The position numbers were made by a program, and so were the translations under genes. From positions 2,049,996 to 2,113,995 of the forward strand of contig JAUCBW010000001.1 of the NCBI GenBank assembly GCA_034676605.1: a DNA stretch of 64,000 bases, given 5' to 3'. This document shows positions 62,624 to 64,000 of this stretch, piece after piece. Position 1 is the first letter of the stretch. The number at the start of each line of letters is the position of its first letter. The notes under the pieces were generated by a model. It had not been told where the DNA came from. It was given only the letters and a program-made list of their open reading frames with translations, and did no database searches. This DNA comes from Flavobacteriaceae bacterium. GTDB taxonomy: Bacteria > Bacteroidota > Bacteroidia > Flavobacteriales > Flavobacteriaceae.

Positions 62624-64000
62624 ATGAGAGAGATTACAAGATTGTTCGATTTCCCGTATTTTCAGTTAGAGAATTATCCGCTTGAAGATGCATTAGTGTC
62701 AAAACATAATGGAGTATGGGAGAAAACCTCTACTCAAGCATATATTGATAAAGCCAACGCTATATCAAGGGCTTTACTGAAATTAGGCATACAAAAAGAC
62801 CAGAAAGTTGGGGTTATATCCTCAACCAACAGAACAGAATGGAATATTGTAGATATTGGTGTTCTGCAAACAGGAGCTCAAAACGTACCCATTTACCCAA
62901 CCATTTCTGAGACCGATTATCAATACATCCTTAATCACTCAGAATCAACCTATTGCTTTGTTTCTGATAAAGAGGTATTTGATAAGCTCAATAGTGTAAA
63001 AGCGATGATTCCGACGTTAAAAGAAATTTATTCTTTTGATGATATACCCGGTTGCAAAAGCTGGAAAGAACTTCTTAAACTTGGTGAAGACACTTCAAAT
63101 CAAGACGAGGTCGAAGCGCGCAAAAACAGCATCAAAACCAATGATTTAGCAACACTTATTTATACCTCAGGAACTACCGGAAAACCAAAAGGGGTAATGC
63201 TATCACACAGAAACATTATATCGAATGTCTTAGATAGTTCAAATAGAGTTCCGTTTAAAGTGGGTCAATACAGGAGCTTGAGCTTTTTGCCTATCTGTCA
63301 TATTTTCGAACGGATGATTGTGTATCTATACCAATATTATAGTGTATCGGTTCATTTTGCTGAGAGTATTGAGAAGATCAGCGAAAACCTGAAAGAAGTG
63401 AAACCACAAGTAATGACCGTTGTGCCAAGACTTCTAGAGAAAGTATATGATAAGATTTATGCCAAGGGAGCGGATCTTACTGGAATCAAGAAAAGACTGT
63501 TTTTCTGGGCTTTAGATTTAGGTTTTGCCTTTGAACCTTATAAAAGAAATGGTGCTTGGTATGAGTTTAAATTAGGAATTGCCAAAAAACTCATTTTCAG
63601 CAAATGGCAAGAAGCTTTAGGAGGAAACCTAAAGCTATTAGTTTCTGGAAGTGCTCCACTACAACCAAGGCTAACCAGAGTGTTTACTGCGGCTGGAATT
63701 CCAGTAATGGAAGGTTACGGACTGACAGAAACTTCTCCCGTTATTTCTGTCAACGACATGAACAACAAAGGCTTTAAACCAGGATCTGTAGGAAAACCCA
63801 TTGATAACGTAGAGGTGAAAATTGCTGCAGATGGTGAAATCTTATGTAAAGGTCCGAACGTTATGCTCGGTTATTATAAAGATGAAGAGAAAACCAGAGA
63901 AGCTATGGAGGGAGGTTACTTCCATACAGGAGATATCGGAGAAATAGATGCAGAAGGATTCTTACGCATTACAGACCGTAAGAAAGAAATGTTCAAAACC
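62624..64000 (+). CDS. Long-chain fatty-acid-CoA ligase, truncated by the window end
   Basis: Not in the ORF track because it has no stop. Reads MREITRLFDFPY...IYTSGTTGKPKGVMLSH...EGYGLTETSP...FHTGDIG. Confidence 0.9.
   Translation, partial: MREITRLFDFPYFQLENYPLEDALVSKHNGVWEKTSTQAYIDKANAISRALLKLGIQKDQKVGVISSTNRTEWNIVDIGVLQTGAQNVPIYPTISETDYQYILNHSESTYCFVSDKEVFDKLNSVKAMIPTLKEIYSFDDIPGCKSWKELLKLGEDTSNQDEVEARKNSIKTNDLATLIYTSGTTGKPKGVMLSHRNIISNVLDSSNRVPFKVGQYRSLSFLPICHIFERMIVYLYQYYSVSVHFAESIEKISENLKEVKPQVMTVVPRLLEKVYDKIYAKGADLTGIKKRLFFWALDLGFAFEPYKRNGAWYEFKLGIAKKLIFSKWQEALGGNLKLLVSGSAPLQPRLTRVFTAAGIPVMEGYGLTETSPVISVNDMNNKGFKPGSVGKPIDNVEVKIAADGEILCKGPNVMLGYYKDEEKTREAMEGGYFHTGDIGEIDAEGFLRITDRKKEMFKT

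Overview
AT-rich chromosomal segment of a Flavobacteriaceae (Bacteroidota) genome, judged from the T9SS sorting domains, the lpxC-fabZ fusion and TAnnTTTG promoters. The backbone is housekeeping: pyrC, M16 and S8 peptidases, pnp-rpsO, rlmD, desaturase, aminotransferase, lpxD-lpxC/fabZ-lpxA-efp, NifU, relA/spoT and an acyl-CoA ligase. Four accessory blocks interrupt it. (1) Three tandem T9SS type-A cargo genes (18.4-21.1 kb). (2) A ~3.1-kb tyrosine-integrase element at the 3' end of tRNA-Leu(TAG), bounded by 14-bp direct repeats. It carries mobile mystery proteins A/B behind a four-fold operator-like array with exact 32-bp spacing, plus a 184-bp MITE-like palindrome. (3) A ~9.4-kb T9SS type-B adhesin gene with a very recent 1110-bp-period internal duplication. 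(4) A 15.8-kb defence island at the 3' end of the initiator tRNA-Met, bounded by 16-bp direct repeats. It encodes a large serine recombinase whose ORF runs through the att core, so excision would swap its C-terminal tail. It also holds an orphan mobA with oriT-like hairpins, a coupled operon XRE / PLD-SNF2 helicase / Eco57I-like m6A methyltransferase (frameshifted at an A8 run) / ABC-ATPase with a HEPN-like domain, and a second m6A-methyltransferase + small PD-(D/E)xK nuclease pair. All family calls come from motif recognition by eye; no database searches were run.
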